Shown here in pieces: positions 12,278 to 23,436 of a stretch of DNA of 64,000 nt. The position numbers and the translations under genes are program-made. This DNA comes from Balanoglossus misakiensis. Taxonomy: Eukaryota > Animalia > Hemichordata. Below the pieces are notes generated by a model. That model was not told the origin of the DNA. It was given only the letters and a program-made list of their open reading frames with translations, and did no database searches. The stretch covers positions 7,060,699 through 7,124,698 of the forward strand of contig CM082581.2 in the NCBI GenBank assembly GCA_040954595.2. The letters run 5' to 3'. The stretch's first letter is position 1. The number at the start of each line of letters is the position of its first letter.

Positions 12278-15200
12278 ATGGCGGCCACACTGGACTTCTT
12301 TAAAAACTTGAGTATTAGAACGAAAGTCGCCGTTCTGTTCGGAGCAGGTGTCACAGTTGTTGCTGGGGTCGTTTATTATTTTAAACGGGCGAGAAAGGAA
12401 TCGACAGACGATGAATTCGATGGGGGATTTGAAGTGCTAAACACTGTGAGTAATGCTTTCTGGTTTTCCGCTGTTCGCATTTTGTTGGCAATGCAATGGC
12501 AACTCGGTGTGTTTGTTGCCATCCCCAGTCTCCAAGGTGCACATCTTGGTTGTAAAAAAATAAGTATTGGAATTTTTTCGTCGGGTGATGGAGGAGAAAT
12601 GCTGCGAAGGCGGCTGTTATCGTTGCACATATCACAGTTCGCACACTGCAGTGCATGTTCATAGACAGTTGCTAAGTTTCGCTCCAGGGTGTATGGTTTC
12701 ACTTTGCTTGGTACATGAACATGTACATGTATTCACAAACAACTTGGGTTGCCTGATTAATCTGGTTGTCTTTTCTGTTCCCAGATGCTTTTCTTTGAGC
12801 ATTAAACCTTAGCTAAGTAGGCTTTTACCCCCAGGAAACTGATACTCACACAATGCAATTCCCATAGAAACGACATTAGAAAATAAAAGGAAGAGAACTT
12901 TTGTAAATAAGAGGGGAGGGGTGTGACAAACTGCAAGAGGTGCCAACATGGCAACAGAGGGTGAATCACCTGATTGCCCTGTGTAGATGAAACAATGCTT
13001 CTCTCCTGACTTTTCTGACCTTTTTTGGCCATGTGTTTCCCTAGATCAGTTTTTACAGAAAGTAGAACTTTTGTCATTTCTTCATTTACTGCAGATAATA
13101 GGTTGCTACAGTAACACAATCATAGTTTTTACCAACTTCTGAGAAAACAAACAGTTCCAAAACACTAACCAGTACCTCATGTTAACTTTTCACCTTTCAC
13201 AGGATGAAATCCCGGAGAAAAGAATACTGATGCTAGGACTAGACGATTCTGGCAAATCAAGCATTATGTCATGTCTAGCAAGACAGGACATCAAGGATGA
13301 TCCCAAACCGACTGAGGGCTTCCATGTCATTGTGCTGCAGGCGCCGGGCGTCACGCTTAATGTCTGGGAAAGTAAGTTGGATCTTTTCAGTATTTCCTTT
13401 TGAAAGTTGTAACGCAACCATTTCTGGGTATTTATATATTTGAACAAAACCTTCAATGTGAAGAAAATGTAATTTGCATAGTTACATGTACATGTATGTT
13501 AGAAGTGATATTCAAAGATGATGGGGCCAGCAGAACTACATGTATATGTACATGTGTGTTCCAGCATTACGGTTTGCCCTTACCTACATTTGTACTAGTA
13601 CTTGACATTGAAATAGTGAAATTCAGATATACGTACCAGGTATCTTTTCCTTTCATTAGAAATCTCACTGATGAGGTTAGAATAAAATTTTGCAGCAGTA
13701 TGATGGTGATACCTTTTCATGACTACCTTCTGTCGCGACGTCATGTAAACATTCTTCAAGGAGAAAAACAGCTATTCTGTTCAATGTAAGTCTCCTGGGA
13801 GAACAACAATGCGTCAATGGCCAGTTTGTCTGAGGACTGAGTATAAGTCTTGATAGAGCTGCTGACAAAAATATTTTCTTACTGGTATTCCTGAACTCTG
13901 TGACAGTCAATATACGCTCACAGATTTCTTTTCATGTGGAATGTCCTTGAAGACATGAAAAGATGTGCCATTGAAAAGCCACGCAATGGCAAGGCCTGTA
14001 TCATTGTGTGAGGGCGATCGAATTGACGTGGGGGCTTTTTACATCTCTGCTCCTGGCAAATTTCCAACATGCACAATAATAAACACATGGTTTGTGTTAT
14101 GGTGGGGGGGGGGGGGAATTCAGGTATTGTAGTACATGTGTTGGTTGTTTTTTTGTGGCGTATTGTGACTGCTCTATCAAAACCACATAGGTGAGTCACA
14201 AACACGGATTAGTAAGCCACTGCTCTTTTATGAAGCACAGCGTGTGACGATAGATTCCTGTGCTGGTTTAGAGATTTCCATAGTGGGAGTTGTTCTCAGA
14301 TAGCATAGAAATGGGAACTATAAAAGCAACCAGTATGATCTCAGACAACACTAGCTATTTTTGTTTATAAGGAGAAGTTTTGTGCTTGATCCTTTCATCC
14401 ACTCTACATGCAGATAGGTTATGGAATATTATAAATTTTCAGGAATATTCAATTTCATCAGTTTTTTCTCTAACATTGATCTGTCAAGCATTGTCAATGT
14501 TAGTGATGAAGAGAGTACATGTACATGTAGGCAGAACCGTAAACAACATACCCATTAATTTTAATGTCAATGCCTAATTAAATTATTAATCAATTTGCTT
14601 ATTATTTAACCAAAAAACTTTAATTCCTATGATGAGAACAAAATGGCACAGTCAGTGACATGCATCTCCACCTTTTGATCACTTGCAGTTGGTGGCAAAG
14701 AAAATGTCAGATCGTACTGGGAAAACTTTATTCAGGATACCGAGGTTTTAGTTTTTGTTGTGGATGCGGCCAACACGGAAAGGTTTGAACTGGTGAAAGA
14801 GGAACTTTCCAGGCTTCTTTTGGATGAGAGGTTGACTGGTGTTCCTGTGGTCGTTGTTGCCAACAAACAGGTGAGTTGTGTTGAGAATTTATATTGCAAG
14901 GCATTTTGTTACAGGGATGAAAATTGCAAAAAAATTAACACCACATATACTGTTGGGAGGGGGGGGATTAAACAAAACAGCATGTATGGCACATTCATCA
15001 ATGGCAACAAATTTTCTGAATTGTTACGTCTATATCGGTTGGACAGTCTGACATTAGAACACTTGCTGATGGCAGCCACTTCAGATTAAATTCTTCCAGG
15101 GAATGGGGAATGATTGTTAGGGCCGTAATGAACCATCACCGCAAAATGTGAAATAGCATTCAATCTCCACATACATGTATGCCCATCTTTTACACTGCAA

Positions 15201-15908
15201 TATTTTATATTCTGATGTGAAATTATTGCCTGGTCCTGTCTCATCCTTTTGACCACCGATGTTGTGAATGACATTTATGACCAACCTCAGCAACGTAGGT
15301 GGTACTTGTAGACCGAAGCGTGGATGTAAATTGTGTCTCTGCAGGGAGTGAAACATTTATTACTGTCATATTTTATGCATTTCATCCCCATCATGTTTAT
15401 AGCTTTCTGGTGTTAGCATATGCGTTGTGATCTTTTTATAGCTCGTTTGTTTTATGTTGACCTTTCAGAATGTTATAGTTAATTATGGGTATGAATGATG
15501 TATTAAATTGGTGACACACTTTAATCATGGCCTTGGTTGAAATTGATGAATTGTGGCATCTAATCTTAACTGCCTCAGTTTTCACCAGATCTAAATTGAG
15601 TGTGGCATGGTTTGACCTTTTTACTGAGGATAAAGGTCAGGGGTTGATTTATTGCACATAACGCCATACTTAAACACATCACAACTGTACTGAACATGAA
15701 GCCATCAACACTCTGCCTGTCTTTACCCCTCCAACAGGATGTCCAGGGAGCCAGGGGAGCGAGCGAGATCAGAACTCTCCTGGAATTACGGAAATATGCA
15801 TCAAACCGGGAGATCCACGTGGTGGAGACCCAGGTTCCACTCAGGGAGGCACCGCTCGGCGTGCAGACAATTTATGATCTTTTGACCAAGCTTAATAAAA
15901 AACCTTGA
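12278..15908 (+). CDS. ARL10: ADP-ribosylation factor-like GTPase ARL9/ARL10 type, 4 exons (12278-12445, 13203-13371, 14689-14870, 15738-15908), 229 aa
   Basis: All introns are GT-AG and phase-consistent (0,1,0); CDS is 690 nt. G1 GLDDSGKS, G2 PTEGF, G3 WEIGG (Glu form typical of ARL9/10), FVVDA, G4 NKQD. N-terminal hydrophobic segment VAVLFGAGVTVVAGVVYYF followed by KRARK. Confidence 0.88.
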
Positions 15909-18501
15909 AAAGGAGAGTACAGGTGTTCTGTGGAGTGTGTGTGTGTATGTGTGTGATTCGGTATCCAATCAAGTCGTAGTCTATTTACAAAATTACAGAC
16001 CAATGTAGAATAATGAACTTAAGAGCAGGTGACCACTTTTAATTATTTGCAAGGCCAGGGGTGTATATTTAGATGAGCTAGTGGTTGTTACATAGCTTTA
16101 CTTCTTGCAGTTGAAATTTATAGTGTATATTAAAGGAGGAAAATAGTACATGTATTACTTTTCATTGTAAAAAAATAGCCTAGAATCTGGACTCTCTTAA
16201 TGGCACTGCGAAAAATACGGCCTAGCATTACGCAGTGAGTTTGCAAGGTCATCAATAACCTGCCAAGAAATCTATGTAACTGGCATCCCCATGAGGCTGA
16301 CCATTCACATTGTGAGTGTTTAATTTCAGTTGGGCATGAAGTTAGAATAGTTGGGTCTTCTGTGAATGACTGCAAGCGAACGACATCAAGTTACATCATC
16401 TTGTCACCAGGTTATCAGGCCATGAGCTTGTACATTCAATACCCTATGCTGGGCTTTATGTTTGGCAGAGCCAACAAAAGACAGACCAGAAAACTAGGTT
16501 AAAGAATAATGTAATATGTACATGTAATGTTTAAACATAACATTTTATGATTATTCTCTATATTATTATACTTCCTATGTAACTTCTTGATAATTTAAAA
16601 TTTTACTTAATGTTAAATAATGTGCCAATAATTTGGTAGTTTGTAAGTTTTTTTATTATAAATATTCTTCACCTTTACTTTTTAAATGTTTGATTTGTGC
16701 AGGTATTGCATCTTTTTTATGTACAGAACAATTTTCGTGTTCTCATTTTGTTTGTAGTGTGTTCCTGCAAAGTTAGTTTTTATGGTTATTTAGTGTAGAA
16801 TGCCATTTGAAACAAGAATGAGTCTGACTTTTAACTTGTATCCATAATTCACAAATGGGTGATTGCTTGATTACCATACCATACGCTTTTGGTACCTTTA
16901 TTGAATAAGATCGATTGGTCTTCATTTTGTCCTTGTATGTTTTTTGCTAAAATCTTCAACTTTGCATGCAACATAGACCCCCCCCCCCACCAATGATCAG
17001 AACAAGTTTGATGAATAGAGCGCCCTCACTGTGAAAAAATCTTTTGTTTTTATAATGCAACACTCAACAGAAGGTGCTGGTTATCATATAACTGACCTCA
17101 TATTTTTGGGAAATATGTCTACTCAGGGGGGTATGGAGCCCTAATCTTGACCAAGAAGATCTCTGAAATACTAATATTTGTAGAAAAAAAAGAGTCAATT
17201 TTAACTGAAGTACGTATATGTATGTAGAATGATGTATAGATTACAAATTCCCAGTCACTGATTGGTTGCTTGGAATACCAGTGCACCTGGGAAGTGGTTC
17301 ATGCCTCCATATACTACAGCTGAAGAGTTTCTGTGGTGCCATATCACATCAACAAATTTTAATGAATGTATTTAAGACGTTGGTCATGTAAATCTTACAC
17401 TGTGTCAGAGCTTTTGATTTCTCATCCCAGAAATGCTTGTAATTTATAAATAAATATAATTCATGAAAACCGCTGTGCGGAAGAATATTCTGTTTCTGTG
17501 TGAAAGAAACTGCTCCATTTGAGTTTCAAGTGTGTGATTCATTCTTGAAAAGTTTGCAACTTGTAATGGAGACTCACGTGTGACCAGACTGTTAGAAACA
17601 CAGGGGTAAAACCAAAATGCACTTGTGAAAGGGTTAAAATCATCAACCACTAGAACATGGCAATGTCTTTTATTCTCACACTGATTTCACTGTGAAAATG
17701 TGTCCATAACAATTGATAGAAGAGCACTCTTGATTTACAAAGTAAGCATTTGAAGCATTTTATCAAGTGTTTTGACTTGATGTGAAATTTCTGATATTAA
17801 GCTTTCGTTTACAGGTTGATTCCTTTTGCTCCAAACGCAATCTAAAATCCATTTCTCACACACATTACTGGTATGTACATTTCTGAATTCAACTTTGAAG
17901 TATTTTCTACTCTGGCAAAAGTACTGGTATCAATAGAAGCTTCCTGTAAGACCAATAAAGCAATGTGATAAAATCCCTAGTAAATGAAATGGCTGATCAA
18001 AACATTCCATAGGTGTACTGCCAGCATTTACTGATCCTGAGCATGTTGACGAAAGCTATAAACGTGACATTGATGAGAGAGCCAAGCTTAACACAGAATG
18101 ATTCTTCAGCCCAAAATAATGCCCCTTGCCAGAACTTCCAGGGTGATGATAAAACAAAATGTACATGTATATGAAAATTTCACCCTAACCTGTTGCTAGT
18201 ATATATGAATCAAGATGACATTTGTAAGCTGAAAACAACACTTTTTAGTGGAAGCACATGCGATGTATGAATTGAAATCTGCCCACATGTAGACACACAC
18301 TGTTGGAGAATCAATGCTTTTTGCAGAGTCTCCATTCAACAATTCCTCTTTCATTGGTTTTCAGCACAGTCTTTGTTGTTTCCTTGATTAAAAAGTTCAT
18401 CTTCTGTAACTCGTATATCCATGATGTTCACTCGTCAGAACTCTCATGCAGAGTCTTGGTCTCAATATAAACAAATCTACAAACAGCATCACACAGGCCA
18501 G

Positions 18502-18585
18502 TCAACCCTTCCACTCCCTTAGAGGACCAACTTTCCCATAGGAAACAATGGGTTTGGACCGAACCATAGTGGTGAAAGGGTTTAA
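18502..18585. mobile_element. Short non-autonomous element (MITE-like), copy A, in the HIGD2A 3'UTR
   Basis: Ends tcaacccttccac ... gtgaaagggtttaa are imperfect inverted termini. The internal sequence is clearly similar to the reverse complement of 23791-23850. Confidence 0.6.
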
Positions 18586-18604
18586 TTCCATTCGGATGGA
18601 CGGC

Positions 18605-19407
18605 TCATTTTTTACTGCTCCCCTTAGTTGCAGACACCACGATACCCATTATAAGAGCTGCAATGGTGAATCCCTGGGCCCCTATTCTCATCCGCATCAT
18701 CGTCTGTGATCTACGGCGATCACCTCGCCTGAAGTGCGCAAGTCCTATTGATAGAACCACAGCTGTTGTCAGCATACCTGTAACACAAAATGAACAAGAA
18801 AGTTTTTTAACACATTTTAAATCGTTTAAAACTTTCTGCTGGAGCCCATGACTTCATGGTGTAACGCATGGCGGATTGGCCCAAGGTATGCGGTAGGAGT
18901 CACAGGTTGCCCCAAGCAGACAAGGCTTCGTGTACTTCTCACTTCCTACGATTACATGTACTTGTCCGACTGTACATGAATGTAGGTCGTGAACGTGTCT
19001 GCAGAACACTTCAAAATGTACGATTTTAACTACAAGCGACTTGTTATGCGTGTAAGTGTGCATGGGATAAATGAATGTCGGAAATGTAGCGACGTAAATA
19101 AAAGAATCTGACAAAAGAAGAGACGTTGCCAGACAGTGCAGTGTTGCGTAAATTGCGTAACCATTGGATTGCTGTGTGTACGTGTAAGTGCAACTTGAGT
19201 GGCCGAACAACGTCTTGTCTTACCGACGGGAACGAATGGATTCTCTGTGAATTTTCTCATAAACTTCTCTCTGAAGCCTTCCTGGCGATACCTTTCCCAT
19301 CCTGCAAGCTCAGCGGGCAGTTCATCCAGATCAACAGTTTGCAAAGTCTGTGCGGCTGCCGCAGGTGTAGACGCTTTGCTTTCCATGTTTGTGTCGGACG
19401 CCATCAT
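18605..19407 (-). CDS. HIGD2A: HIG1 domain family member 2A, 2 exons (19407-19224, 18777-18605), 118 aa
   Basis: EGFREKFMRKFTENPFVPVG|MLTTAVVLSIGLAHFRRGDRRRSQTMMRMRIGAQGFTIAALIMG. Contains the type-2 HIG1 QxxMRxRxxxQ motif; phase-1 GT-AG intron; CDS is 357 nt. Confidence 0.95.
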
Positions 19408-19699
19408 TGATTAGCGGGAGATTTTTAGCACGTGATTCAGAGTACATCATCTGGTTAAGTGGTTTGCCTTTTAGTATCTCAAATATCTAAGAAATGTTGG
19501 ATGAAAAAAAAAATCTTAGTAGAAATTAACCATAATTGTTTTTAACAATCCTTAATCGGGACGTAAGTGAAATTTCATTTTGGTGTTTCTGAGCGAACAG
19601 ACAGATTGAAATAGTTACATTTCTGTCGGTGTCTGTACATGTGGGGGAAAACAACGTGACTGCTGGAAACTGCATAAGCCAAAGTAAAGCGACAAGAAA
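19408..19699. promoter_or_regulatory. Compact bidirectional promoter / 5'UTRs for HIGD2A / NOP16
   Basis: Only 292 bp separate the two divergent start codons (19407 and 19700). Confidence 0.75.
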
Positions 19700-21451
19700 A
19701 TGCCGAACAAAAGGTCAAAACGGAAGAAGTTTAAGTATAACATCAATAGAAAGAGGCTGTGGAAGAAATCAAAGAAAGTACCTGAGATACAGTGGTGAGT
19801 ATGAACACGACGCCAGTGTATGAGTCTACAGTCTATGCAATGGTAACCCTATGGCGGAAGTCATGGAAGTGTGGGCACGAATAGATTCTCCGTGAACTTT
19901 TAGCAGGGAGGCGGCGCAGCCACGGCCGGACACTCTCATCACACTCGTAAGGCTATCTGGTGGCAAGTTCAATAGAGGGAGTGTGGTTTTAGGATGGGGG
20001 ATATGTCTCCCTTTGCGAGTTTGCCAGAATATTTGGGGTGGGGGTTTGGTGGATTCCTCTCTGGCATGGAGGGGGGGGGGGGGGGGAGGTATGTAATACC
20101 ATACCTCCATGGTAATACGTCCAACATTAGCCTGGTCTCCATACCCAATGTATTTTAGATAGACTCAGACACACTTGTGCGTGAGTCTATCTAAAACACA
20201 CTGGGTATTGATACCAGGCTACCCCAACATGTGAGTGACATTATTTTATGGGGCACTGGTGTCCCCCCCCCCTCCCCCGGCAAATTTCTAGGGAGTGCCA
20301 ACATGTCAACAGGGGGTGAATCCCCCAGCCCTGTCTAGATGAAACACAGGACACTGTACTGTTGTTTTGTATTTTAAAAAATCATGATCGTCTGAATGAT
20401 CGGATGTCTCACAAAATCAAATCCTTGCATTTGTATCTTATGTACAGCGCACAGATTAAGGAGGCATGGGATAAAAGGAAATCGGTGAAAGATAATCTGG
20501 CAGACATGGGATTGGCTGTGGACCCCAACACAGCTATACCAATACCCAAATCAGTGGTGAGTCAACTCTTCATGATTCTCAACAGTTTTTGATTTACCTT
20601 GAACAAGTCTGAGTATGTATGATTTTTGTCTGCTATGGACTCTGAATGTTATGCTGTCTTAAACACCGAGCAGATTGCTTATTTATTAAACTCTGCTATT
20701 TTCCACACAGGGACCATTCAGGGCCGAATCCATGGAACTGGATGCCATGTCGAAGAAACCATCCAAGACACACGTCGTAGAAGGTGAGAAATATCGCTGA
20801 TGATTATGTCTCCCATTCTGTTTCATAAAAGTAGATGTATTAAGAAGTTGGACCTCTACAGACCTCTTCTGAGAACTGTACATTTATGATTCTATTTGCA
20901 GAGCTTGAAGTAGAAGCCAGTATACCAGGGAAAAAGACACTGAGATTATCAAGGCCTGAAATATCATTTTGTACCTACATGATGGAGACATATGGTGAAG
21001 ACTATAAGGTATTGTCATGTTTTGTTAACATATCAGGTAACAATAAGTGGATAAGATGGTGCAACTGCTTCGAAACATGTCCTGAAAAATAACGTGATGC
21101 TGCTGTATATACATGTGCAGTCTCCCACCTGATGATGCAAATCACCGTAGCGCCACCCAGTGGCATTAAATAAACATTCCTTCGTACAGTTCATTTCCCC
21201 ATTTACTGCTGGAACCTTGTGAACAGCATAGACTCGATGACGGTCAAGGACACATGAAACAATGTGAAATATTAAATGACACTCTTCTTGTTTGACAGGC
21301 CATGGCACGGGATGACAAAAACTATTACCAGGACACACCCAAGCAAATACGAAATAGGATAAAGGCGTTTAAAAATGTCCCAGACCAATACAAGAAATAT
21401 CTGGAAGAGAAGAAATCCGGAACAGGTACCTCTGCCATGGATACGTCGTGA
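19700..21451 (+). CDS. NOP16: Nucleolar protein 16, 5 exons (19700-19794, 20448-20556, 20711-20783, 20902-21008, 21299-21451), 178 aa
   Basis: Phase-consistent GT-AG introns; CDS is 537 nt. Motifs FKYNINRKRL, IKEAWDKRKSVKDNLADMGLAVDPN, YMMETYGEDYKAMARDDKNYYQDTPKQIR. Confidence 0.95.
20128..20221. mobile_element. Palindromic MITE (TAGCCTGGT...ACCAGGCTA) in NOP16 intron 1
   Basis: A 94-bp foldback with ~40-bp imperfect arms (e.g. ttttagatagactca / tgagtctatctaaaa). Flanks gtccaacat and ccccaacat look like a degenerate 9-bp target-site duplication. Confidence 0.75.
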
Positions 21452-22717
21452 TAATCTTGGATATATAAAATAAAAAAAAATGTAAATATGTCAAGTATCC
21501 TTGGTTGTGTCGTGTGATAGTCTGCATGTGAGGTACTGGTTTGTTGCGGCCTGGTGGCATTGGCTCTGACTGGAATCAATGTTTCAACTCTTTTGTACAG
21601 CATCACAAAGAGCACTTTGGCAACTGATATTGTCAAGGTCAAGAACATTCACAGGTCAGCTTTCAGTTCCTTGTCATCGCCAAGGTCACTGCTAATTCAA
21701 ACCTTGTACTTTGATGAATCTGTTTAACTTTTAGTGGTCTGATTGTCGGGGAAATTTGATGTACGAGTGTTGCAGTCAGTACTAATAGTCACCAAGTCAA
21801 AATGTTGAATTTTATGCAGTATGTGACTGACCATGGTGCGTGTGAAAAAAGTCTCATTTTTAAAGCTGAATTAGCTCTAAATTTTGGCTATTCTTTCTGT
21901 GGTTTTGTTTTGTGTATCTACTGCAGTTTCTTATTCAAATCTTCGAAGCATTATGAAATGCCTAATATGTACTTGTGTGTACAGTCAGTCAGCATTGTTA
22001 TTGTTGAAAATTGAATTCGTCTTGACTAGAATTCATTTTTCAAGAATACAAATGTAAAACATTTGTTACTGGTGTATGCTGATAAACAGAGTACTGGGTA
22101 TTTTAGTGCCGTGATGAGTAGAATAAGAAATTGCATTTGGTACACTGAACAAACTACTTTGGGGGGGGGGGGGGGGGGACGCTGATTAGCCATAAGTTAG
22201 AGTTCCTTGCCCCCGTCCCAAGAAAAGACTACAAAGAACACAGTTACATCAAAAAATACTTTTATTTCATTAAAGTATACCAAAACGTCTGTGATATGTG
22301 AAAAGCCATTGATCATCACCCTAAATGAGTGGGGAAAAAAATTAAATCACAAATTGCGATTTTTTTCAAAAAAATGTCACCATCTCAGTCAAACGCATTA
22401 GCCTTTTTTCGTCAGGTGTTCAAAAAATCAATCTGATGGTTACAAAAATTGTAAAATCATAACATGGGCAGTTGAAAATGGCTAAACACACGGTAAATAT
22501 TGAATGACAGGACAAAGATTGAATTTGTGTTCGGTGAAATCTGAAGACACACGCACAGAAACAAACACAACCCCTTCACACAAAAATACAATACTATGTG
22601 GACGGCATAATAAAATGCTATGTAATGCTGTAGAAGATCTTTGGTAGGTAAAAAAAAAAAAATCGAAAATTTTCAAAATTAATGGTGCACACACTTGTTT
22701 TGTAACTTGCGTTACAA

Positions 22718-22985
22718 AAAATGGACGGAATTGAATAAAGGCAATAATTGAATAAAGTCGCATCAGTGACAAATAATTAGTGATAAAAGTAGTCAGTTTT
22801 GTAAAATATTGAACTAACCAATGGTTGCATGTATCGACCAATAATTAGCGATATAAAGTTATCACAGATATAAAGTTGGACGGAGTTGAAATACAAAATG
22901 GACGGAATTAAACAAACCAACTGCAATGTACTTAGATCAGTGACACATGACTAGAATTAAAGTTATCACGTTTGTAAAATTAGGA
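22718..22985. repeat. Degenerate direct duplication, period ~175 bp
   Basis: aaaatggacggaatt at 22718 and 22895; atcagtgaca at ~22762 and ~22936; tttgtaaaat at ~22798 and ~22971. Confidence 0.6.
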
Positions 22986-23436
22986 TGAAATATCTCTTGT
23001 GATGTAAACTGCAAGAAGGATACCCATTATCAAAGACAAGACACATTTGCAGATAATATATTAGAAAGATGGCAGACCCTTTACTCAAACATTTGAGCTT
23101 GTGCCATTGGAGAGCTAGTGGTCAAAAATTTGTAATCAGTGCGTAAGTTGTCAAAATGACACAAAAAATTAACAGCCACTTTAGAAAGCTATCTTTCTTT
23201 TTTTTATTGATTATTTTCTTTAATTATAAGTTCACACTTGACTGTCCGAAATTTGTACATGTACAACCGGGTCAAAGGTCATGAAAAATTGGACGGATTC
23301 TCTGGAAGGTGTCGGTCGGCAGAACAAATGTGTGTAAATAACTTTGCAGACGGCAATACAGAACCTTTCTGTGAAAAGGGAAAAAAATTAGCTTTGGTGA
23401 ATTTTGTTTTTCTACTTATGTTGTTATGTAATGTTG

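Noticed and set aside
14101-22180. Long G/C homopolymers (14101, 16978, 20070, 22161) as G-quadruplex elements
   Set aside because: Such runs are scattered through the window as ordinary mononucleotide microsatellites with no positional pattern.
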